Shown: one piece after another, positions 42,203 to 55,772 of the stretch
How the letters are laid out: each line of letters begins with the position of its first letter
Position numbering within the stretch: position 1 is the stretch's first letter
Assembly (NCBI GenBank): GCA_964016885.1
Contig: OZ024742.1
Span: 358,794,001-358,858,000 of the forward strand
Source: Eledone cirrhosa
Taxonomy: Eukaryota
DNA: 64,000 nucleotides
Reading direction: 5' to 3'
Position numbers and translations under genes: made by a program
Notes under the pieces: generated by a model
Database searches by the model: none
What the model was told of the DNA's origin: nothing
What the model saw: only the letters and a program-made list of their open reading frames with translations

Positions 42203-42444
42203 GTTAGAATATGTGTAATAAGGCCAAGACAATGCAGATATGGACATAGAAAAAAGAATGCAATAGTGAAAGATATTGATGAGAATTCGTCTTTCACCTT
42301 GAATTTATTTAAATGTCCTTAATTTTCGAGATAATATATATATATATATATAACTATATATCTATATCTATATATATAACTATATATATAACTATATATC
42401 TATATCTATATATATAACTACATATATGTATAACTATATATCTA

Positions 42445-42484
<40 letters not shown>

Positions 42485-42665
42485 TGTATAACTATATATC
42501 TATATATATATATATATATGTATAACTATATATCTATATATATATAACTATATATATATCGATATATATAACTATATATATATATCTATATATATAACTA
42601 TATATATATCTATATATATAACTATATATATATCTATATATCTATATATATATACATATATTTAT

Positions 42666-42768
42666 AAATAACAGATTAAAGTTTAAGCAAAGAATCGTTG
42701 CTTTCACCCTTAACGGGATCTTCTGAAACTCAGAAGCGATTCTTTGCTTAAACTTTAATCTGTTATTT
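42666..42768. repeat. Short fold-back (~32-bp arms) enclosing a partial hammerhead-like motif
   Basis: aaataacagattaaagtttaagcaaagaatcg / cgattctttgcttaaactttaatctgttattt. The minus-strand loop reads CAGAAGA-tCCCgttaaGGGt-GAAA. Confidence 0.7.
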
Positions 42769-42972
42769 TAATAAATATTTGCTCTACGGTTCTTATATAT
42801 TTGATATATATTTCCCTTATCGAGCCCTCTTTCGATTTTAGTCTTCAATTTTATTATTATTACTATATATACATATATATATATATGTATATACATATAT
42901 ATATATGCATATATATATGTATATACATATATATATATGCATATATATATGTATATACATATATATATATGC

Positions 42973-43003
<31 letters not shown>

Positions 43004-43005
43004 AT

Positions 43006-43058
<53 letters not shown>

Positions 43059-43085
43059 GTGTGTATATATATATATATATATGTG

Positions 43086-43123
<38 letters not shown>

Positions 43124-43129
43124 CGTATG

Positions 43130-43242
<113 letters not shown>

Positions 43243-43327
43243 GTCTATATATATATATGTATATATATATGTCTATATATATATATGTCTATATATATGT
43301 ATATATATATATATGTATATATATATG

Positions 43328-43358
<31 letters not shown>

Positions 43359-43405
43359 GTATATATATATATATATGTATATATATATGTATATATATAC
43401 ATATA

Positions 43406-43468
<63 letters not shown>

Positions 43469-43469
43469 G

Positions 43470-43500
<31 letters not shown>

Positions 43501-43501
<1 letters not shown>

Positions 43502-44695
43502 AGTATAACTTTGAAATGTTTTGGCCAGTATTGGCCCAGGCCATGTCTAACTTAATAGCACCACCTGGCGAAGTCTTTCAATTCAGGATTTGGGCACCAT
43601 GGCCCATTCGAGAAGAGAATTACTGTTTGCGGAGACATATCCGGGTGTGGGTGGTTTGTCCGTGATTACTTGGAGGAATTTTTCCAAAGACTTCTTGAAT
43701 TTTGTGTGGTCAGTTTCTGTTTTGACGTGTCCTGATGTGATGTTGAAGAGAGCAGGGCCAATTGAGGTGAAATAATTGTGCCGTATTGTTGTTATGAGTT
43801 GCGATTTAGAATTTTGTTTGGGACGGATAGCACGGGGCCCAAGCCTTGGGTGTAATTTGAAGGTGATGCCAACATCATTTGGGCAGTGATGATGAAACAT
43901 TTTCCACATCATGCAGATAATATAACGCTCACGGCGACGTTGGAGTGAGTAAAGTTTCAGCTTTTCTAGTCGACCCCAGTAGTCAAGGTCTGACATGCCA
44001 TCTATCTTTTTCGTGATTGCCCTTTGGGGAGCTTCAAGTTTCATGATACTTTGTTTCGTGTGGGGAAACCACAGTGGACAACAGTATTCAAGGTGTGGTC
44101 GGGCAAATGTAGAGAAGAGAAGGATAATGGTGTGGGAACCTCTCAACTGGAAGGTTCTGAGGATCCAGGAAAACATTCTGCGGGCCATGTCAACGTTGCT
44201 GCTTATATGCGTGGCCCAGCTTATGTTGCTGTCCACGGTTACTCCCAAGTCTCTGATGCTGTTAGATGCCACGAAAGTTTCACCGGAGGGAAGGGAGTAC
44301 GGGAGTTTCAGGGCATCCTCTTTTCCAAAGTGGATCAGTTCGAATTTGTCTTCGTTCAGTAACATGTTGTTCTTTTCCGCCCATTGGGTAACAGCCAGTA
44401 GCTCTGACTGAAGGCTTATCCGGTCATCCACGCCATCGATGACCTTTTGGAGCTTGGAATGATCAGCAAAAATTCTAATGTTGCTGTGTTTGATGATGTC
44501 AGTGATGTCATTAATATAGATGATGAAGAGAAGTGGGCCCAACACAGTGCCTTGTGGGACCCAACTACTGACTTTGGCTGGGCTGGATTTGACTCCTTCG
44601 ACTACAACATGTTGGGTTCTGTTTGACAGGAAGCTCTTGATCCACTGTAGCAGCTTTCCAGTGACACCAATATTGGACAGTTTTCTCAGTAGAAT
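43501..44695 (-). mobile_element. CR1-group LINE 3' portion (RT and C-terminus), inactive
   Basis: [76 protein letters not shown] is changed to WVPQG and FADD to FADH. Stop at 43583, short 3' UTR, and (TA)n on both sides. Confidence 0.9.
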
Positions 44696-44698
44696 ATA

Positions 44699-44836
<138 letters not shown>

Positions 44837-44847
44837 TATATGTATAC

Positions 44848-44902
<55 letters not shown>

Positions 44903-44911
44903 TATATGTAC

Positions 44912-44951
<40 letters not shown>

Positions 44952-44973
44952 GTACATATATATATATATGTAC

Positions 44974-45010
<37 letters not shown>

Positions 45011-45020
45011 TATGTACATA

Positions 45021-45108
<88 letters not shown>

Positions 45109-45175
45109 AATGAAGTAATTCCATCGAAAAAGTCCAGGAAAAAGAGTGCTCTATGTAGGCAACAGAGCTTAATTA

Positions 45176-45437
45176 TTATTATTATGTAATAAACAACATA
45201 AGGCAATTATTCCATTTACCAGTGGTTTCTTAAAAGCAAAAGGTTTTGCTTTCAATCCTCAGAATGAAAAATCCTGGTTTGTTTATTGAATATGGATTCT
45301 AAAAACCATATTCATTTAGAATCCATATTCAATAAACAAACCAGGATTTTTCATTCTGAGGATTGAAAGCAAAACCTTTTGCTTTTAAGAAACCACTGGT
45401 AAGTGGAATAATTGCCTTATGTTGTTTATTACATAAT

Positions 45438-45443
<6 letters not shown>
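45176..45443. mobile_element. Near-perfect palindrome (~128-bp arms) in (TA)n with a hammerhead in each arm
   Basis: Arms 45176-45304 and 45315-45443; the left arm extends to about 45110. Confidence 0.85.
45213..45266 (-). ncRNA. Type I hammerhead ribozyme motif (mirror copy 45352-45405, +)
   Basis: CATT-CTGAGGA-TTGAAAGCAAAAccTTTTGCTTTTAA-GAAA-CCACTGG-TA-AATG, with a GUA triplet. Confidence 0.7.
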
Positions 45444-45533
<90 letters not shown>

Positions 45534-45542
45534 GTATATATT

Positions 45543-45703
<161 letters not shown>

Positions 45704-45704
45704 G

Positions 45705-45932
<228 letters not shown>

Positions 45933-46003
45933 GAAAAAGGGATGAAATCGAAAATGCAACTGAAGTCTTATTTTTTTTTTTAAATATATATATTTATTTG
46001 GTT

Positions 46004-46041
46004 CCTTTACCGGTTTCGCAGTTCTTCTGCTTTTCAAAAGG
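46004..46041 (-). ncRNA. Minimal type I hammerhead, U3-A8 core variant, in the PLE 3' pseudo-LTR
   Basis: CCTT-TTGAAAA-GCAGaagaaCTGC-GAAA-CCGG-TA-AAGG: perfect stems I and II, palindromic stem III, GUA triplet. Confidence 0.75.
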
Positions 46042-46549
46042 TGAGTTGAGATGGAGGGTCTGTGGTTTTTCTCACATCTGGTTGGTCTCTAAATGTTACT
46101 TGTTTTATATGGAAAAACTGGCTCGAAAACCAGGTTTTTCGAGAAGTAATTTGATTGGTTTGTCAATAATTATAATAAATTTCGCGCCAGTTCGCGTTAC
46201 AATAGTTCTTCAAATAAGAGAGGGGGGGGGGGTTGTCACAGGTTGTTTTTTCATATATGAGTGTTTGAATTTCTTTTTACTTGAAGAAATGAGGCCCACG
46301 AAGGCTTTTTTTTGGTTGGTTATAAATGAAATTTGGCTGTCACGTGAACAAGTTTTCATTACATTTTTGCGCCCTTATTTGGAAAACTATTCTGTAGTCT
46401 ATAGTGAATGTTATGACAATGGAGAGAGACAGTGGTCAAGGGAAAAGGGATTGGGAGAAATGTTCTGAGAATATGGCTAGCTGTCAGAGTTCAGGTGTCA
46501 GAGTTCAGATTTTCTATTGAGACCGAAGATATGTGTTTATTTGTGTGCT

Positions 46550-46584
<35 letters not shown>

Positions 46585-46693
46585 ATGTGTGTATTGGAAG
46601 ATGATTATATTAGTAGAGATGGGGGAGGGAGTTGTGTGTGTGTGTATATGGGTGTTATGTGTGTGTGTGCGAGTATGTTAGATAGAGAGAATA

Positions 46694-46727
<34 letters not shown>

Positions 46728-46864
46728 TTGTGTATATATATATGTGTGTGTAGGAAAGTGGTTCTATTAGTAGAAATGGGGAGGGTGTTGTAGGTGTGGG
46801 GGTTTTTATGTGTGTGTATGGGTGTTATGTGTGTGGGAGTATGGTTAGCATGTTAAGATGAAGA

Positions 46865-46901
<37 letters not shown>

Positions 46902-47114
46902 GTGTGTGTTGTGTGTGTATGTGTGTGTGTAGGAAAATGATTCCTTTAGTAGGAATATTTTTGAATGAACATATTTTCCTGACTTTTTCGTGTTTGCTGT
47001 TGTATTGCCAGTGCAAACGTATGTTTAAGGTTTATTTAGTTCGGGTTTTTATTTTCTAAAGTAGGTGTTATGTGTGTGTGTGTATGTCATATTGTGGTGT
47101 TGACATAATGTATA

Positions 47115-49415
47115 TTAAACCTTATTTAATGTTGGTCTATATTTTTGAATAAACATATTTTCCTTATTTATTCGCATTTGTTCTGTTGTATTGTTAGCGC
47201 AAAGGTAAAATGGGAAGACTTGGAATTTGGGTGTCTTATTACTTGCGCAAATGTCTAGATGTGCACTTAGTGGTATTTGTCTCGTGGTTGGATCTCGTAA
47301 TTGTTGGCGATGAACTGTCATTCTGTTTGTGAGTGTGAGTTTAGTTTGTCCTATATAATCTTCATTGCATCCTTTACATTTAATGGCATAAATTAGATTT
47401 TTTGATGAGCAAGTGAAGTGATTTTTTACAGTAAAATTTTGTCCTGATTTAAATGTATACGTGTTGCCTTCAATGAGGTGAGTGCAGGTTCCACAATTAG
47501 AGCGACCACATTTTTTGATACTTGGTTGTGGGTTTGTGGTAGGTAATTTGGCATTGGTGAGTAATGTTTTCAGTGATTTTGGTTGTCTTTTGCTTTTGAT
47601 TATTTTGTGTGTTTCAAGGGCTTTTTTCATTCTTGGGTTTTGTTTTAGTAGTGGGATGTTATTGTGAATAGTGTTGTAAGCTTCCGCATTTCTTGGGTTG
47701 TGTGTTGAGATATATGATAGAATATTGGACGTACCTTGAATTTGTTTCTGTTTCCGTAATTCATCAATGCCTATTGCTTTAGCCCTTTCTATTCCATTAT
47801 TTATTAGTAATAGTGGGTAATCTCTCTCAAGTAGAATTTCCTTTAATTCTTGAAGTCTTTTATTTCGCGTTTCATAATTGGAGACAATTGTGCAAATTCT
47901 TCTTGCTAGGTTAAAAGGAATGTTCGTCTTCGTGTGCTTTGGATGGTTGGAGGTGAATAGCAGATATTGTTTGGAATCTGTTGGTTTGTAGTGTATGTCA
48001 GTTTCGATATTTGTGTCTTTTTTTGTGATTAAGATGTCCAGAAATGGGAGTTGATCTTGGCTGTATTCCATTGTGAATTGGATGTGGTTATTGATGCCGT
48101 TTATTAAGTTTTTGAAATCCTTCAGTTGGTCGAGTGTGTGGGACCAAAGAATGAGGCAATCATCCAAGTAGCGTTTCCAATTCTCTGATAAATATTTGTG
48201 GAAGTTCAATCCGTATTTTGATTTGGACTGTTCATATATCTGGACTTCTAAGTATGCCATGACTAAGTTGGCATAAGTTGGAGCGGCTTTTGTGCCCATC
48301 GCAGTCCCCTATATTTGCTTGTAAGTATTGCCATCGAAATCAAAAAAGTTGTTCTGTAGGATGAATTTTAATCCCTCGGTGATGAAGCTTTTTTCTATTC
48401 TGTCAGGTATCTCATTGGGATATTTCTCTAGCCAGAATCCTATTGCTTCTAGTCCGTATTGGTGTGGGATCGTTGTGTAGAGATTCACTACATCGAAAGA
48501 CACAATAATAGTGTCGTTGTTGACATGTTTGGGGAGGTGGTTTAAGAGGTCCAGATCGTCTCTTACAAGGCTTGGTATGTGTTTCAGTATTGGTTTCAGT
48601 AGTATGTCTATAAAGTTGCTCAATCTGTGTGTTTCACATTGTGGGCCCGCTACAATTGGTCTTAATTTAAGGTCTGTGGGGTATTGTGTGTTCACGCAGG
48701 CTGAGGTGGATTGTTTACAGGCATCGTTGATTATTTTACATTTGTGGATCTTCGGAAGTCCGTAAAGGTTGCTGGTTTTGTATTCAAAATTTGTTAAATA
48801 ATCGCATTCCTTTTTAGTTAGGTCTTCCTGGTATCGATAAATCAGTGTGTTTAATTTGGTCATTATTTTTGATTGCTGGTAGTTTTTTACTCTTTCATAG
48901 TAATTAGCATTTTGTAAGAGAGAGAACATAGAATTTTTATATTTTTCAGCCTCCATAATGACAACAGTACTTCCCTTGTCCGCTTCCTTAATTACAATGT
49001 CCGGATTGTTTTTTAGTTCATGGATAATCTCCCATTCCCTTCGACTTGTGTTGGGTTTGGGTTTAGGTTGCGGTAGTTCATGGTATGGGAAGGTAGCTAT
49101 GTGGTCACAAAATTTGTCCAGAACTCTGTTTCTACCTTTTGTTGGGTTGTAGCTGCTTTTATTCCGTACAATTGATTCGTCGTTATTCTCCTTGTCAAAG
49201 AATTCCTCTGTGAGACGTAATTTTCTACAGAAGTGTGAGATATCGTCATTTATCTCGTTGGGGTTAGGATATTGTGGTGTTGGTGTGAATTTTAGACCTT
49301 TGGAGAGAATTTTTACTCGTTGGGCTGAGAGGTTTGTATTTGAAATGTTAATTATTTTCGGTTTTTCAAAATCGGTTTGTGCCACCGGGTGTCGTGAGTC
49401 CTGTAGCCTTGGTCT
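47115..49415 (-). pseudogene. PLE reverse transcriptase + GIY-YIG endonuclease frame with one in-frame TAG (48309-48311)
   Basis: IKEADKG, LYGLPKIHK, LRPIV, SFDVVNLYTTIP, YKQI*GTAMGT..PTYANL, RYLDD, LPFLDI, CGRSNCGTC, NLIYAIKCKGCNEDYIGQT. The two listed ORFs (48309-49385 and 47115-48299) are in the same frame. Confidence 0.93.
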
Positions 49416-50554
49416 AAAAAATGATTTTTCTGGAATGTTTTTTCATTGGTATTATTATATCTAATGGTATTTCCCCTGTTGTTGTGTGGTCTTGTATAGA
49501 AGTTTCGGACGTATTGAGGTTCGGTTTGTTGATAGTCCGGGTTGTAGATTTGGTTCCTTTGTGTGGGTTGGGATCTATGGTTTTGGAACAGGCTCTGTGT
49601 GGGCAGGGGTCTACGGTTTTGGAATAGGTTTTGTGTGGGTTGTGATCTGCGGATCAGGTCCTGCCTTGTGTTCGGAGATCTTTGGTTTTTGTTAGTAGGG
49701 TTATAGTTTTGTCTATGGTTTCTGGGATTATCGTTATAGTTTTGCTGGGGGTATGTTGGACGTTTTGTTACTTTTTTTGTTATTTGTTGTGCATGTGGTG
49801 TGTGAGTTTTAGTTTGTTTTAAAAATGGGTTACCTGTATGTTGTTCATTTTTGAAGTCCATTTCGTAGTTGTTGAACCAGGTGGCGTTTTTTTCCCATCG
49901 CTGGAGGGATGTGAGTTCTTCATCCTCACAGTTTTCTTTCCAAAGTTTTAGGGTTTTTTTGTAGAGTAGGCCTTCAGAGTGCTTTGAGATTTCTGTGGCC
50001 ATCTGTTGGTCGAGTGACTTGAATTTTTCTTCGTTGGAGTTGGCTCTTAATCGCAACAGTTCTATTTCTGTTTTAAATTTTTCCAATGCCATCTTTTCCC
50101 TAAGTCTTTGTTGGTTTTCTGGTTCATTCGGGATGGGTTTTATTTGGAGTTTTTGGGGGAGGATGATTGGGGTAGAGTTTAGCCACTTTTCATATATGCC
50201 TGCCTTGCCATTATTTTTTAGGAGATTCCAAAGGGCGAATTTGCGGGGTGTGAGCTTTTGAGTCCATATGTTGATTAGGGTGTTTTTCACTGAGTGGACA
50301 TCTCGTAGATTGGGTTCTAACGGTTGTTCAAGCTTTTGGAGCATTGCTGTTGCAATGGTTTCGATTAGCTTAGTTAATACTGGAGTAATATTCGTCTCTT
50401 GGGTATTTTCTGTTTCTTCGTGGGGTCCTTTTTTATAGATGTGTATTTGGTCCACTTTGTTGGTCAAAATTGAGAGTTTAGAGGAAATCTCTTTGAGTTC
50501 ATTTAAGATGTCCTGGTTCAGTGAGTTGTTGTTTTGTTGAGACTTTGGTGACAT
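49352..50554 (-). CDS. PLE ORF1, 400 aa: helical/coiled-coil-like N-terminal part and Q/N/R/P-rich low-complexity C-terminus
   Basis: Intact ATG-initiated ORF (context aaaATGt) about 25 nt downstream of the pseudo-LTR-matching leader. It overlaps the RT frame. Confidence 0.75.
   Translation of the reverse strand: MSPKSQQNNNSLNQDILNELKEISSKLSILTNKVDQIHIYKKGPHEETENTQETNITPVLTKLIETIATAMLQKLEQPLEPNLRDVHSVKNTLINIWTQKLTPRKFALWNLLKNNGKAGIYEKWLNSTPIILPQKLQIKPIPNEPENQQRLREKMALEKFKTEIELLRLRANSNEEKFKSLDQQMATEISKHSEGLLYKKTLKLWKENCEDEELTSLQRWEKNATWFNNYEMDFKNEQHTGNPFLKQTKTHTPHAQQITKKVTKRPTYPQQNYNDNPRNHRQNYNPTNKNQRSPNTRQDLIRRSQPTQNLFQNRRPLPTQSLFQNHRSQPTQRNQIYNPDYQQTEPQYVRNFYTRPHNNRGNTIRYNNTNEKTFQKNHFLDQGYRTHDTRWHKPILKNRK
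49415..49421 (-). promoter_or_regulatory. Candidate -1 ribosomal frameshift slippery site U_UUU_UUA
   Basis: ORF1 codons caT TTT TTA (H378-F379-L380). A -1 slip enters the RT frame (AGA CCA AGG...), and a hairpin follows about 7 nt downstream. Confidence 0.7.
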
Positions 50555-50659
50555 TTTCGGTCTTCGTGTGGTGGGTATATATTAGAAAGTGAGGTTTTTT
50601 TTTACAAAATGAAAAATAACCGAGGTGTCCTACACGAGTGGAAGTATAAAGAAAAAGGG

Positions 50660-50859
50660 NNNNNNNNNNNNNNNNNNNNNNNNNNNNNNNNNNNNNNNNN
50701 NNNNNNNNNNNNNNNNNNNNNNNNNNNNNNNNNNNNNNNNNNNNNNNNNNNNNNNNNNNNNNNNNNNNNNNNNNNNNNNNNNNNNNNNNNNNNNNNNNNN
50801 NNNNNNNNNNNNNNNNNNNNNNNNNNNNNNNNNNNNNNNNNNNNNNNNNNNNNNNNNNN
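50660..50859. other. Assembly gap (200 N)
   Basis: Run of n. Confidence 1.
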
Positions 50860-52841
<1,982 letters not shown>

Positions 52842-53405
52842 TGTGATTTGTCTAAACATTGCTTTTTTTCTGTGTGTAGATTCTAGAATCTACACACAGA
52901 AAAGACGCAATGTTTAGACAAATCACAGAGGCAATAAATATAAAAGAATTACAACCAAAATTAAATAGAAAATATGAATGGAACAGCAACATCACAACTT
53001 ACAATTAAGCACAAAATGAAAACATACACGCACATAGAACAAACAACCAACCGGTAACATGTAAATAAACAAATAAATAAACGAATATAAATACACACAG
53101 ACACCCGGATGTGGCGCATGCGCAGACTGAGCACACAACACACACACAGAAACAAAATGGCGTAGGACAGAACAAAGGAGAGGCACAAAAACAAAGAAAA
53201 GCATCCCAGTCACTGAAGAGGTCACATAATGTGTGACGAAAGAACTTTGACAATATATTAACAACTATCTGGTTGTGGAACCAACCAACCAGAAATTTAT
53301 AAATTCCTAAATTTATAAATTTATTATAATAAATTGAAGTGAAAGCAACTGGCGCGTGTGTGTTTCTTATTGGCAAGATGACCTTCCCAAAGTATAACAA
53401 TATAT
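52842..53405 (+). mobile_element. Hammerhead-bearing insert with a short 5' fold-back (52842-52927)
   Basis: tgtgatttgtctaaacattgc..gtagattctagaatctac..gcaatgtttagacaaatcaca, with a hammerhead at 53209-53251. Same family as 15535-15800. Confidence 0.8.
53209..53251 (+). ncRNA. Type I hammerhead ribozyme motif, canonical core
   Basis: GTCA-CTGAAGA-gGTCACATaatGTGTGAC-GAAA-GAAC-TT-TGAC. Confidence 0.65.
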
Positions 53406-53463
53406 TATATATATATATGTATATATATATATATGCATATATATATATATATATATATATAAC

Positions 53464-53651
<188 letters not shown>

Positions 53652-53667
53652 GTATATATATATATTT

Positions 53668-53712
<45 letters not shown>

Positions 53713-53784
53713 ATATGTATATATGTATATATATATACATATATTTATATATATATATGTATATATGTATATATATATATATAT

Positions 53785-54230
53785 AGTGTATTTTTCAATA
53801 CACTGTATGCTCAATTAAAAGCATTTCGAAGACATTACGTTATTGTTTTAGAGGAGTGACAGACTTACTTTAATTTTCAGCAAACAGGGGATATAAAGCT
53901 GATAGAGCTCTGTTTCCCACATGTTGGTGCTTATCAAAGCTAAGTACTCCGTCTGTTTGCTGAAAATCATGAATGTTTGATTCTTATAGAATTCTAGTAA
54001 TAATCAGGAACTGATTATACAGAGCGATTGCCGGTCAAGTGCGAAACAGAGCTCTGTCAGCTTTATCTTCCCTGTTTGCTGAAAATTTAAAGTAAGTGAG
54101 ACTCTCACTACTCTAAATCAATAGCGTAAAGTCTTCGAAATGCTTTTAATTAAGCATACAGTGTATTGCAAAATACGCTCTATATACATTCATATATATA
54201 TCGCTATTTCAGAGCACCAATTCTAATACA
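53785..54230. mobile_element. Fold-back insert related to 11893-12540 with a U3-A8 hammerhead-like motif (53898-53940, -)
   Basis: Shares attcttatagaatt..taataatcaggaactg..gagcgattgccggtc and tcgctatttcagagcaccaat. The motif reads GCT-TTGATAA-GCACcaacatGTGG-GAAA-CAGAGCTCTA-TC-AGC, and the + arm keeps GTGC-GAAA-CAGAGCTCTG-TC-AGC. Confidence 0.7.
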
Positions 54231-54662
54231 TATTTATCAATAACACCTGTATATATGCTGCTGTACTTCTATTGCCATATATATATATATATGGCAATAT
54301 ATTGGAGGAGCGGAGATGTATATCAGAAAGAAACTCATAACACGATTTGAATAGGAGATATCAAAGTTAAAGTCCCACATGCTATATAGTATTCAGCATT
54401 GTATCCTGGAAACTGCACTTAATACAGCAAAAGTGTCATATATATTTAATTCAGATTTATGTCTCAGAAAATTTACATCTTGTATGTTTAGCGCACATTT
54501 TGATCTGAAGGCTTTTGAAACAATTGTTTTTTATATTTACCTTCGACATAGCTGTATGTGAATTTCGAATATCTAAAAATATACGCTATATTTAAATAAA
54601 TATTTTGAAAGGCTGACGGCCAGCGCCGTCTAGCGGATTCCAGCAGAATCAGTGGAAGATAT

Positions 54663-54699
54663 TGTCTATGCATTTCGGGCTCTGGGCCTCATCAAGACA
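54663..54699 (-). ncRNA. Minimal hammerhead-like motif (C3U)
   Basis: TGTC-TTGATGA-GGCccagaGCCc-GAAA-TGCA-TA-GACA. Confidence 0.5.
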
Positions 54700-54772
54700 G
54701 TGTTTCCCTTTGCTGTTTTCCATATTTCAACTCATATAAGGAAATAATTTGATATTTATATCACTAACTAAT

Positions 54773-54963
54773 TAATTGTTTCTATTTTAGGTACAAGGCC
54801 AGCAATTACCCAGTACATTACTTGTACTTTATTTTATCGACCCCGTAGGGATGAAAGGCAAAGTTTAACCTCGGCGGGATTTGAACTCAGATCATAAAGG
54901 GACGTAACTCTATGCTTCTAAGCATGGTGTCCGACTCTCTACCGATACTGCCAATCCACCGCC
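54773..54963 (-). mobile_element. SINE family A, reverse
   Basis: Family A core and head present. Confidence 0.85.
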
Positions 54964-55772
54964 AATTAATAAACAATGGAATGACAGCAGCTCGTTTAAT
55001 CTAAGAGGGTAAGAGTTCTCACTGTCCCTTAGCATAATGATTTGAGCGCCTAGTTAGTATCTGAGAGATATGGGGTTCGATTTCTCATAGCGGCAGATGC
55101 CAACGTCTATATCCTCATCGTCCTCATCCTACTGTTATAAGCTATTTTATTGCATCTCCTCGCATTAGCACAACATTTTTTACATTAACTTTATTCCTTC
55201 AGCGCTTTGTAAAAATCCAAGCGATCGGCCACGTTGACATTCTGAAATATATTACGTCTTTCCAGTAACGACACAACTATAGTAATGTGAATATCATACC
55301 ATTTACACAAGATTTTCACTCTATATTTGTTACGAAATAAAATTTAATTATAAACCACTTCGAAAGTTCTATTTAATTCCTTACACGATCTGGAACTATT
55401 TTTTACCAATATTTATTTTTTATTGCGTTAAGTATTATAAAGCTATCTTCAGTAAAATCATTTCAACATATTTTATTTTTATTTAAGGATTTCTACTATT
55501 TAAATTGTTAGCCAATATTTCTGTTACATTAGCAATAAATTGAAAATTGAGATAACAGCGTGGTTGATGGTAATGATAGCATTAATCAGAAAATTTAGTT
55601 GACTAGAAGCAATTTATTAAGTACATTTTATGCAGTGCCTGCCAAATTGCCATTTCTACATTGGTATAATTCTTGCATCAACATGTCTTCTAAATATATT
55701 AATTGAAGATAAATAGCAGCAATTAACAACAAATTCATTCATAGGATAAATAAATAAATAACTAGGACTTCT

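Noticed and set aside
48309-48311. Selenocysteine recoding as in Naiad PLEs
   Set aside because: The codon is TAG, not TGA, the position is not a Cys site, and the endonuclease is C-terminal.
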